NCBI RefSeq assembly: GCF_024521635.1
Contig: NW_026250447.1
Location: forward strand, 115,621-135,620
From: Tricharina praecox
Taxonomy: Eukaryota
Length of the DNA stretch: 20,000 nucleotides
Direction: 5' to 3'
Positions 10,178 through 20,000 of the stretch are shown here, one piece after another (position 1 is the stretch's first letter; every line of letters starts with the position of its first letter). Below the pieces are notes generated by a model that worked only from the letters and a program-made list of their open reading frames with translations, had not been told where the DNA came from and made no database searches. The translations under genes were made by a program, and so were the position numbers.

Positions 10178-12374
10178 ATGCTTCGTTCCCAGTATTGTGA
10201 CTTCAGATCATGTTGGCATGCCGGGGAGGACAGCGTCCATCCTCGCCGTCCACTGAGATTTAGAACTCAAGCCAAAATTTACTCTCCTGCTACTGATGAA
10301 CGTATCCGTCATACGCACGTTTCTCGACAACACGTCCCCTCTCCGACTCTCGTCCCCCGTCTTCCAGCCCCCTCGTTCGGCCTCCTCAAGCTCCCCCCAG
10401 AAATCCATAGCATGATCATCGAGTACCTTACTCCCGAGTCCGCACGCGCGATGACGGTATTCCTGTCTAGCCCGACGATCCTAAAAATATCAGAATCCGA
10501 CATGAACCTCGGCATGTACGTGTGCAAGGCTAGCACAGGGGGAAATTGCGGAAGGATGCTCATGGAGACACTCTCGCTGCCGGAGTTCTCGCTATCCACC
10601 TTCGGTGTACTCCTTGACGCCTGCCCGACGAACGAGTTGATAACTCAGCACTATCCAGACTGGCAATTGGATGGCACCGTGCCCATAGTTAGGGACAACC
10701 CACCTTGGAAGAATAATAATGTGGCTTGGTTGCATACAGTGTGTAGCGTTGGGTGCTCAACACTGCAACTTGCACGGATATATCCGCGCGATGCACCGGA
10801 GACATGGTCGAATCCAATCGATATGGCTGCGGCTGTTGGTGAGTGGTCATGTTCCCCTTACGCGTCCCAATGAAGCGTGGAAGCTAACGTGAGCTCTAGG
10901 GAATGCTGATGTACTTCAGCTTCTGCTTGATCAGCTCGACAGTAGGGATGCGTTGGCTGACTCACCGACCTTCGGATTTATCCAGCCCGTGCATCCCCCG
11001 GATAAGCCCACGCGACCGGTACATCACCTTCCGCCATCCGCGCGCGAAATACGGGCTGTTGGACCTCTACACTGGGCGGCGGTCTACGGACAATATGATA
11101 CGTTCGCTATCTTGATGGCTTGGTTCCTAGAGAATAATCCAAAACGGTTGCTCCATATTCTGGATTGCGACTGTAGTCTTAGCGTGCTTCATTGCGCGGT
11201 GCTTGCTACCTTTCACCCTGGTCGTCGGCGAGAAATAGGAGGAATAATAGAGATAATCCGTGCCGTGGCCGGGCTGCTGCCGGAAGAAGCTCGGTACGAG
11301 AATCCATCGCCGCTTTACCTGGCCGTGAGGTCGGGAAATACCGATGTACAGCTATTTCAGGCTCTCCTCTCAGTCCCTAGCGGTATTGAAGCGTACCAAG
11401 ATGCCAATTTGTGCTCTCAGCTTCTCATGTGGCCCGCTGTCTTCAATACTCTGCTGGATGCTGGTCTCTGGGTCGAAGAAAAGAGCGTTGCGGCCCTTGC
11501 CAGGAGGATTATGGTTTCAAGACACCGCAACGAGTCTAATTGCATCAACTTTCACGCGGCACTACAGCGAATCCCCCAACCTTTGAAAGATTGTCTTGTT
11601 CACTATGTTCTGCGCTCGTTTCTGGAATTGGAGGCATGCGATCTGGAATATGGAATGGAAGATGAAATAGAAAATCCATTGGTCATGCTCAAGGATGGCG
11701 GCTGTCGCTTCAGCCACGGAGTCGGTCCTTCGGGTCTTTCCGCACAACAACACTTGATGTTTGGCCATTGGCCAGACGACCGAGCTGCGGCAGTACTGTT
11801 GGGCTGGCTGGTGGAGGAAACAGGCCTGGATTGCGCACCGTTTTCAACGCCGAGAAAATTCGACCGCGGATTCAGGTACATGTGGCCCGAGACGACCACA
11901 CGCGAGCTCGCAATCCAGACTGCGTCTGTTCCGATCTACTCCATCGTTCTGGATGTACCCCACGTCCCTCTCCCAGGCGCCACTCCCGACGCGGCATGCG
12001 CCATCATTGGACGGCAGGATGATTCCGAGTCTCCCGAGTATACCGACACCGAGTATCTCGCCAAGTTTCTGGTTTATCCAACTGACATTGCCGAAGTCTT
12101 TGAATGGATGCTCACAATGACCGAGACGCACGCCGACATCATACTGGACTGGTCGTTCCGCGACATTCCTAACTTCGTTGCACACGTGGGACATGCGGTT
12201 TGGCAAGCGATGAGGTGGATTCAAAGCACCAGGGAGAACGGCGTGAAAGAGATGAAGGAGGCCGGATACGAACTGAGAGAGTGGGCTCGCCGAACATCAG
12301 TAGCCAAGCGGTGGGTACCCGAGAAGCTCACTGAATCGCTTGAAAAGCTCTGTCAGACTGCCGATTCATTTTAG
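10178..12374 (+). CDS. F-box + ankyrin-repeat protein, 2 exons (10178-10838, 10900-12374), about 711 aa
   Basis: Intron 10839-10899 (GTGAGT...GCTAAC...TAG) joins the two long ORFs in frame and rebuilds an ankyrin repeat across the junction (NPIDMAAAVG|NADVLQLLLD). F-box-like motif LLKLPPEIHSMIIEYL at about 10382-10430. Further ankyrin-like repeats are GPLHWAAVYGQYDTFAIL, SVLHCAVLA and SPLYLAVRSGNTDVQLFQALL. The start codon is less certain than the rest. Confidence 0.8.
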
Positions 12375-13409
12375 GGGGGATTGCTTGCACAACATCAAGG
12401 GAGTAATAACTGCGGTAGTTCTTCTTGCTGAATTTCTTTAGTGTTTTCTTTTTCTGCTGTTACTGCTGTCGTGGGAGGCTTCTATGAAATCTTGAATTTG
12501 TACCGCTTAATAGCTTGTTTTTTTGAACGGTTTGTAGTATTTTTTTTGTTCAATCTTCATTACATTCAGCCTTAGCAGATCGTGGTAGATTACGTATCCT
12601 TTTCCACTCGGCTCTCCCGGCTGGCCGGCGGCGAGCTCGATACCGGTTCCCTATTGCTCTCCGCCCAGCCCTCCCCGCTCAATCTCCCGCAAAACCCTCC
12701 CGGCGCATCCCCCCTCACGGCGCAGCCCCCGCACGACCCTCTCTACTCAACCCGTCAGATAGAAAGAACGATAGAAAGACAGACAGCAATAAAGAAGTGT
12801 GGTTGCGACTTGTTGAGCGGCGGTGGAGGGATAGTCCGACAGATAGTGTGGAAGGAAGACGAGGAGAGAGGGAGGAGGGAATTTGGGAAGCAAAAGTTGC
12901 GTGATGAGAAAGAGAAGACAAACTAGGTGCTAGAGCCGAATCACCTTTGGAACTGAATCGCTGTTGCTAGTCGTTGTAAGTGTCGCTACCGTTGAGGCAT
13001 AAAATGTCACTCGGAAGCCGAGTGCTGCACTGTGACGCGCTGCCCGAGGACCAGTTCTCTGGCGGGCGGCCACCGAAACAAGCTATTTACCATGTTCGGT
13101 AGCATATCTCCCTCCGGGATCAGTAAGCGCCGCTCTCTAGTTTGACGCCGCTTCGGACAAGGTTCGTTATAGTGGCAACCAACCGACTCAGCACCAAGTT
13201 TGCTAGCTACAACGACCCGTGCGGTGGGGTGATCCAATTGCAACGCCTGACGAGCAGAGAGGATGCTGTGTGGGAATTCAGAGTGAATGCGTCGACTCGA
13301 CTTCAACATACATAGCAGGCCAATTCACATGATTCATGAATTACTCCCCCCCTATCCTCAGCCACCCTAACTAGAGTACACATAGACACGCACACTAGAA
13401 AAAATTACT

Positions 13410-13741
13410 CTAGCACTCATAGTGCCTATAAATCTGCCCGCTAGTGCAGGCCTTCGTGACGATGCCCTTAGCGGTGCAGTACGAATAGAACCCTCCATTC
13501 CTATTCAACCACATCTGCGCCCCTCCACAGCCCTCGAGTGTGAAGCCGGAGATCCCACCGGTCGTGAATGTATGTCCGACGGACTGGCTGGTTGTTTCGA
13601 GAGGAATTCCGCCGCGCACGCGTCCGTCGGTGCGTCCCACGCCAGGTTGTGTGTGTTGTCGTCGGAGCGGCCTTGGATGCCGATGTTGATCGTCGCGGAG
13701 GCGGTGGCAAAGATTGGGAGGAGGACGAGGTGGAGTTGCAT
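13410..13741 (-). pseudogene. Small secreted cysteine-rich protein (about 110 aa when repaired), frameshifted by a 1-nt deletion (pseudogene or sequence error)
   Basis: The ATG at 13741 begins a signal peptide (MQLHLVLLPIFATASA) followed by TINIGIQG...AWDAPTDACAAEFLSKQPASP. The Cys-rich C-terminus (GHTFTTGGISGFTLEGCGGAQMWLNRNGGFYSYC...KAC...HYEC*) is in another frame. The junction reads CCG TC GGA at 13582-13575, and adding one G gives CCG TGC GGA (P-C-G) and six Cys in total. Confidence 0.8.
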
Positions 13742-14211
13742 GGTGATCGAGAGTGTCGAGTTGGACGGAATGAGACTGGGATCGGAGGAAAGGACGGGGT
13801 CTGTTGGTGGATGCGTATGTTCTGGAGAGGTGGTGTGGAGGTGGTGACGAACTTGGGGAATGTTGTAAGGAAGAATGAAAGCTGCCGGAAGAACAGGGAG
13901 GGGTCTGCGCTTTGTAGCAACTGCTCTTCCGGCGCCGATGCATCGGTGAAGGCATCGGAGTTTATTTCGCATACAGACTATCCAGACTACACCGAACGTA
14001 CTAACAAACAGAAGGGGTGTACCCTCCGGGCGGTCGAGGAAGAAACCGCCAGTGCACACATCCCCGGTAATCGCCTAGGTGGGCGGGTGATAGTCTATGA
14101 GCGCATATCGACACAACCGGTCCGTTCAATGTCTACCTTCATCTATTGACTGGCTGACTATGGGTGCTAGGTCGAGGGGAGGTGCATCGATGACTCGTCC
14201 ACTGCAGAGAT

Positions 14212-14300
14212 CTGTGGCGAGAGCTGTGGCGAGAGCTGTGGCGAGAGCTATGGTGCGTGCTATGGCGCGTGTATGAGTGTGGCGCGTGCTGTGGCGTGTG
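14212..14300. repeat. 12-bp minisatellite (CTGTGGCGAGAG) x3 followed by diverged copies
   Basis: Exact copies start at 14212, 14224 and 14236, followed by CTATGGTGCGTG, CTATGGCGCGTG and further degenerate units to about 14300. Confidence 0.9.
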
Positions 14301-14693
14301 TAGTTTACGAAGCAGCCTCGCCGGTGCCACCGCATCACCAGCCAGCCTCCCTTCAGCCTGCTACTCTACCGCTAGCGTTCCTTTTCCGACGTCCATTCCC
14401 CCAATCCCCCCTGCCTACATGCGCATCGTTGCACAGAACTTTTGGCCGATCGAAAGGATCTCTGCAGACGGTATCCACTCTACCCATGGTAGCCAGGTAT
14501 GTGGGCACGCTAGTTGTACATCATCACGTCAGGCATCCTCTTCCGGTTGGGCAGGAAAATATAGTGCACGACCCCGCCCACGACCAAGCGGGGGAGCATG
14601 AGCCGCGACGCCGAATACTGAAACCTAGAGTACAACTGGGCACGAGGCGGTATCGGATGAGGGGGTTTAGGTAAGGCCGGGCCACCGATCTCA

Positions 14694-14698
14694 TATAA
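14694..14698 (+). promoter_or_regulatory. Possible TATA element of FKBP12
   Basis: TATAA about 95 bp upstream of the ATG, followed by a C/A-rich leader typical of filamentous-fungal 5' UTRs. Confidence 0.35.
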
Positions 14699-14789
14699 CC
14701 TCAATCCCCCTTCAATCCTCCATCAGCCCCATCTACCCCACCACACCCACACCATACTCCATCCGAAACTTCATCACCACAAAGCAGTC

Positions 14790-15635
14790 ATGGGCTTCAC
14801 CAAGGAAATCCTGTCCGCAGGCAACGGAGTCAACTTCCCCAAGAAGGGCGACAAAGTCTCTATGCACTACACCGGAACCCTCGTCGACGGCAAGAAGTAT
14901 GTAGCTGCCCATTCTCCCAGCTCTGCAGCCTTATTGACATCGATATGGAAAGGTTCGACTCCTCCCGCGACCGCGGCCAGCCATTCGTGACTGCCATCGG
15001 AGTTGGCCAGGTCATCGGAGGTACGAAGCCATTGCCGTCCCCATCTCCACTGCGCGCGCACCACGAGCCGACATCTCTGCCGCCGACACCCCAATGCCGA
15101 GTTTCTGCCGCCTGTCGTCTCAATTAAGATTTACTGACGACCCTCTGTTATCTACACAGGTTGGGATGCGGGCGTTCCCACCATGTCTCTGGGTGAAAAG
15201 GCCGTCCTTACCATCACTGCGTAAGTCGTTCCCGCGTTCCTACCCCCGAATTTCCTCGATTACAACAACCATTCGTCCCCCACGGCTCCGTGTATCTGAC
15301 TGACTTTTCCGCAGTGACTCCGGCTACGGAGCTAGGTAAGAATCTACAACCACGGTGTGCCGTTTGCACTCCCGCTTTGCTGACAATCAATTCCTTGCTC
15401 GTTCAGGGGAATTCCCGGTACGATCCCGCCGAACGCGACTCTCGTCTTGTAAGTTCTCAATTCTCTGTCCCTTTTCCCCTCTCTCGAGCTGCCGCAAACT
15501 TAATGCGAGCGATGCATGACTCGCATGAGCGATTCGCATGAGCGATTCGCAGCAGCGGGAGGCCACATCATTCGCCGCTATCACACCGCTAACTTCCTTG
15601 TGAATAGCGAGGTCGAACTCCTCAAGATCAACTAG
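14790..15635 (+). CDS. FPR1: FK506/rapamycin-binding protein FKBP12 (peptidyl-prolyl cis-trans isomerase), 108 aa, 6 exons
   Basis: Exons 14790-14896, 14953-15020, 15160-15220, 15315-15335, 15407-15448 and 15608-15635 total 327 nt, all GT..AG and in phase. Protein: [108 protein letters not shown]. FKBP signatures HYTG, FDSSRDR, VIxGWD, YG and [14 protein letters not shown] are present. Confidence 0.96.
15521..15551. repeat. 13-bp tandem duplication (TCGCATGAGCGAT) in FKBP12 intron 5
   Basis: Copies at 15521-15533 and 15534-15546, plus TCGCA at 15547-15551. Confidence 0.9.
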
Positions 15636-16682
15636 TTTAGTGTAGTTGAACGTCAACCCTCAGTCAAACGGGCTCGCAGACTGTGTTGCTGAATGATTAC
15701 GCCGATATCTTTTCTATTCACAATGTGATTCTGTTCACGCCCTCGTCTGATTTCCTGTCACTGATACAACTCAAACCTTGCGAGTAACGTGATTTTCGAT
15801 TCTGAGACCCCCGGCGGCTGTGAGACGAAACCGATTGGCTCTCCACCATATCTTGTATCTGCCACTCGTATCATACAGCCTCCAAACTTCTGCAACCGAG
15901 GACCAAGAAAGTGATAACGCACAGATCACGTCTCGACACTTATTTAGTCAACTCGAGATTCCGCAATCGATACTTAATAGAGAGGAGGGTGAAGTTGCAG
16001 AGCGGCTGATTACACCTCGAGTCTCGCGGAGTTCCTGGCGACTCGGAAGATGCCGGTCAGTCTTATGCAGACCACTAGCTTATCGTGGGGACGATGCTGC
16101 GTCCCGTGCTATCCATCTTATCACCTCCGATCTCCTTCCCATTCACCAACACCCCGCCCCCTTTGATCGTCCCAACCTCTTGGGTTACTCTGTTATATCT
16201 CCGATGACAGACAGACTCCCTTACGCACCCCACGTCTTCGGGCCTACCTGCATCTTGTTGAAGATTCCGACCCGCAGCCTTCGACACAGCATCATATCTT
16301 CCTAGCCAAAGCAACTGTCCGATAGCAATGATAATGTGACTACCCCAACGAATTATTCCATGCCGTTGCACCCTGACCGTCTTATTCCTCCTCCTTGCGC
16401 TTTACTATCCAGGGCCATCTTTCGACGGCCGGCGTCTGATCGTCGACGGACACTCGGGTTTTCTTGCTGAACAGACACTTACCGCACAGCTGCATGGACC
16501 TCGCTCGCCTGCCTCTTTGTTTCCCACCCCCCACCGCCGGACTCCTCCCACCGCTCTATCATAGTCGATTGACATACGGCGTTATCGCCTCGCTTGCCAC
16601 TCGAGTACTTGTAGATTATCAAATCCCGTTTCAATACCACGTCCGGTGATGACAGGGAATTCCTAGTATTAGTTTCGATTAC

Positions 16683-17260
16683 ACCGCCGAACGTGAGAAA
16701 GAAATCCCTAAATGATATTGCGCCAAAGGAATAGCTTGTGCATACATGACATCCAAATAGATAACCATCGCATCACCCAGGCGGTTGCAGATGCCCCCAG
16801 TGCGCTCGCCTCCAGATTCTATGTACCAGCTAAAGACCAACCATGCTCCAACAGCAAAGTACATGCATTGAATTGGCAAGAGAGAGGACGCGGACTGCTG
16901 GTGGTGCTACGATCAACTCTCCGCCTAGACACGCGAGCACTTGTTCAAGTGCTGCAGCAATTGGAAGGAATAGGAGAAGGAACTGTGGGGGGAGGTGGAA
17001 AAGATCAGCCGCAGAGGGCGGGACCGCTGGCGAGTATGTAGCGGACCTCTTTGCCGATGAGCGGATGGCAGAAGCAATCCTCACGTTTCTCAGAGAGACT
17101 GAGATTGGTAGAAGGCTACCGGGCGAAGAACGGTAGCAGGACCCGCCGCCGAGCGAGACGCCGGGGGTAGACTACGGGGGCGAGGAGTAGGATTCGAGGA
17201 GGAGAAGCGCAGCGGGCGCGGGAGGTGTGAAATTAGTTCGCTTCCTTTTGCTTTTTCCAT
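16683..17260 (+). mobile_element. 5'-truncated, degenerate non-LTR retrotransposon (Tad/LINE-like), ORF2 C-terminus with CCHC zinc knuckle
   Basis: Stitching three frames gives AVADAPSALASRF/YQLKTNHAPTAKYMH*IGKREDADCWWCYDQLSA*TREHLFKCCSNWKE*EKELWGEVEKISRRGRDRWRV/ADLFADERMAEAILTFLRETEIGRR. This matches the fungal LINE ORF2 tail pattern (RFYQLKTGH...CWWC...QTREHLFKxC...LFADER..AxLxFL..TxxG). Stops are at 16869, 16926 and 16971. A T-rich tract follows at about 17236-17260. Boundaries are approximate. Confidence 0.85.
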
Positions 17261-18024
17261 TGGCTAGTGTATCTCTCGCGGGCAGGCCAGAGACGCTGAT
17301 AATGACTGATGTAGACTTGCGTGCCCGCTCCTCCCTCCACCTCGCCTGTTCCCTTACCTGTGCCTTACTTTCCTTTGGTGTTACTGAATGAACGGCGTAA
17401 TCAGTCATTGCTAGCGCGGCGGGAACTGAAGGAGGAAGCCGGGACGGACAGGCGAACGCAGGTGGATGAAAACCGACTTCTGAGACAACACGTGGATCCG
17501 ATCGTGTGCGCGAGAGGCGGTTCGCTATGACGTATTCCATATGAGAGTATTCGTTCGGTGGTGTGTGCGGAGGAACCACAGATCTGAGGCTCTATTGTGG
17601 TTGTGTCAAGCAAATTCTCCGAAAGCCGCGTGATTTGCAACCGGAAGTACTCCACGTCTTTATTTGACCAACTTTCTTCTCTCATTGACAGTAGGAATTG
17701 AAAGTTGCAGGACAAAAAGACAACCACTACCCCAACTCGCGTCTAGCTAGATAGGTCACCGAAGTGAGAAAACGAAGAGAAACCGATCCGCACTGACGAG
17801 TGCCCGCAGTACAAACATGGATTTCAATGTCAACCCGGCGTGCTTGCTCGACGGGTTGTAAAAAGACAACATATTACCATCCCCAAACCACTGCAACCAA
17901 TCCCAGCACTACGCTGCGACTCTCTTTAGGGGTCATCCAGTCTTCGGGCAATCGAATGGTTTCAGCGATTTTCTAGACCACCACTCCGCAGCGCGAACGT
18001 AAGCATCTGGCGGGTAGCCTTACC

Positions 18025-20000
18025 TCAAGAAGACGCCGCCTTCCGAGCTTCTCGGAGTTTCTTCCCGATTTCCGGATGGATGTCTGCCACAGTTGTGCAC
18101 ACTCGAGTATAGCCGGGGTTGACCAGTATTTCACCTGATTGTTGGCTACGCCGGACGTACTTCGGGATCGATGTTGCTCGAGGATTGTCGTCTAAGTTCT
18201 CCAGGATCCAGAGGAACTTGATGTCAACATCATAGCCTGTCAGGTGGGTAGACTAGAAAGGCCAACGTGAGAGAAAGTTAAACTCCGCGCTCTCGTGGAA
18301 CTTGCGGATCGCAAATTGGACAGCGACAACAACCGCTTTCTGCCTCTTCGCGTTGCGGTATAGCAGCACGCCGACCGCAGAAGGGTAGTTCCACTCAATC
18401 GGTAGTATTTACAGCTGCGGCACTCCGTTGCGTATTTTTAGTGATGTTTTTGGAAGGTTGTGACAGGAATCGCTGCGTAAAACTCTTCTCCTGCAGGCTG
18501 GCAGCCTTTGGAAGATATGGCGCTGAACACCATTTGCTCCACAAAGAAACGCAAAATAAAGGGGTTTCCACGGGCCAACTTCAAGCCTTCAAACCATTGA
18601 TGTGACAGGAAACCTTTCCCGCAATCACCTGATTCCATTCGAAGGAAATTGGCAAGGGTTGTACGCGCAAGCATGGGTGTCGCAAATCCTCTCCCACCTT
18701 TTCTGTGGAAGTATCGTAGATCCATGTATTCTTCGCTTGCATCCGTGAGCCTGCCGTTATTGAGACAACAGTAGGACGTCGTAAGGTACCTAAAGCGAAT
18801 GTTAATTAAACACATTTAAAAGCAATAGTGAGGAACCTACCGTTCCCATCGGTCGTGCCGATTGTGACACGCTTACTGGAAGTCTTCCGCGAACGCACGC
18901 ACATTGGTGGTCAGGTTCTGTACTTCTGCTGATTCCCAGTAATTTCGGAAGACAGCAGCCATCCTATTCTCATCCTCAGTTTCAGGGTCCACGTCTAAGT
19001 TGTCGCCATTGCCGGGGCTTTCGATTTTGATTCCATCCATTTGGAGGAATACACGAAGGAGGATTGGATTTCTCCCTGTAATAGCTTCGATAGACCGTTT
19101 GTAATTTTGGCTAACCTTTATAGGCAACCGATCCGCAAATGTTGACCACCACTCGACCATCTCAACCTAGGTAGTTCGGAGTGTAAGTGTGCATCGGAGA
19201 TCCAGCCGTCAGAGAATCGTGTACAAGGATTGGCTACGTACATCAGTATATCCATCAAGGCAAATAATGCGGCTCTGATGTGTTTGACGTGATCTTTCTT
19301 TTCGGTAATCTTCCATGCTGCCACTGCAACTCCAGATGTTGGCATGGACGCTACAGATCTTATGGAGGTTAGCTAATGCCGCATCCTTTTGTGCCTTTCG
19401 GAGACTGCCAGTTTCGCGCAAGTCGAGGGCGTTCGTTTGATCGATGATGAGCACGAACTCCACACCACTATCCGCGAGTGCGCCGAAGATTGCTGCGAGT
19501 CCTTGGGATGGTGGGGTGCGTATAACCTGCATTTGGATCGCTGGACTGTCTGCAAATGCCAAGAGCAACGCTGCGCGCATGTACAAGAAATACGATTCCG
19601 CCAGCATGCGGCATTCGGGGATGTAAATCACCCGCCTTCCTTGTGCCTGTAGCAGACAGGTAAGCGCCGCAAGTAGGTGACTTGTGCCGGAGCCCTGCAG
19701 CAACCACTTCATATGGCCTTGTCCGGATCCCATTTTCTCAACTGCGTCGTAGACCTGAATGTATTTCTCTCTCCCGATGTACTGAAACCTATCGCCAACA
19801 AGGTCAAACCTGTCGGTTGGTTTCCACCGAAAAGCTGATGGAAATGGGAGGTTGGCGTTACCCGCCGCGCAGTCGGCGGGTAGACGAGGTACTTGGCTAA
19901 GCATCTGAGAAAGGCGAACGTAAGCTGAATTTTGGACAGTATAACGGCGCAACGACTCCGGCGCTTGGGGTATTGCCTTGTATGATAGGAATGTCTTCAA
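18025..20000 (-). pseudogene. Decayed P-loop NTPase gene with a putative C-terminal PD-(D/E)XK-like nuclease domain (Crinkler/CR-effector-like); 5' end lies outside the window
   Basis: Exons are >20000-19242, 19166-(18877 or 18841) and 18789-18025. Motifs include FQYIGREKY, a degenerate Walker A (LLQGSGTSHLLAAL, 19677-19697), RVIYIPECR, a Walker B-like FVLIIDQ, ITGRNPILL, and C-terminal WNYPSAVGVLL...VVAVQFAI...IKFLWI. Lesions are a frameshift near 18440-18450, TAA at 18409-18411 and TAG at 18253-18255. The terminal TGA is at 18025-18027. Confidence 0.7.

Noticed and set aside
12582..12926. 114-aa ORF with a C-rich then purine-rich composition
   Set aside because: GTG start, low complexity and no recognisable homology.
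14212..14300. Repeat arrays here and at 8848 and 6705 as CRISPR-like arrays
   Set aside because: Head-to-tail short repeats with no unique spacers, in eukaryotic DNA with no cas genes.
15820..16650. ORFs between FKBP12 and the LINE fragment, considered as a possible upstream part of the element
   Set aside because: No RT, RNase H or endonuclease motifs that I can support, and mostly non-ATG starts.
18873..18875. Apparent nonsense codon in exon 2 of the NTPase gene
   Set aside because: Ambiguous. A GTAAGC donor at 18876 would splice in frame to the acceptor at 18790 and remove it, so it is not counted as a definite lesion.

Overview
Eukaryotic DNA from a filamentous ascomycete: short GT-AG introns with CTRAC branch sites; the gene families suggest Pezizomycetes, which is an inference. 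Three genes look intact: intronless PAF1 (7140-8513, -), a two-exon F-box + ankyrin-repeat gene (10178-12374, +) and a six-exon FKBP12 (14790-15635, +). Four sequences are damaged: an 8-exon LaeA-like SAM methyltransferase with a nonsense codon and a 1-nt frameshift (3825-5258, -), a small secreted Cys-rich protein with a 1-nt deletion (13410-13741, -), the 3' end of a LINE ORF2 (~16683-17260, +), and a decayed P-loop NTPase gene with a possible PD-(D/E)XK-like C-terminus (18025 to beyond the window end, -). The most notable signal is that both frameshifts in the LINE zinc-knuckle region are the same 4-nt TA->TATGTA insertion, the form of a Tc1/mariner-type excision footprint. TA-NN-TA hexamers also look over-represented in the non-coding DNA, although no DNA transposon is visible in the window. 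I found no convincing evidence of a new multi-gene system.
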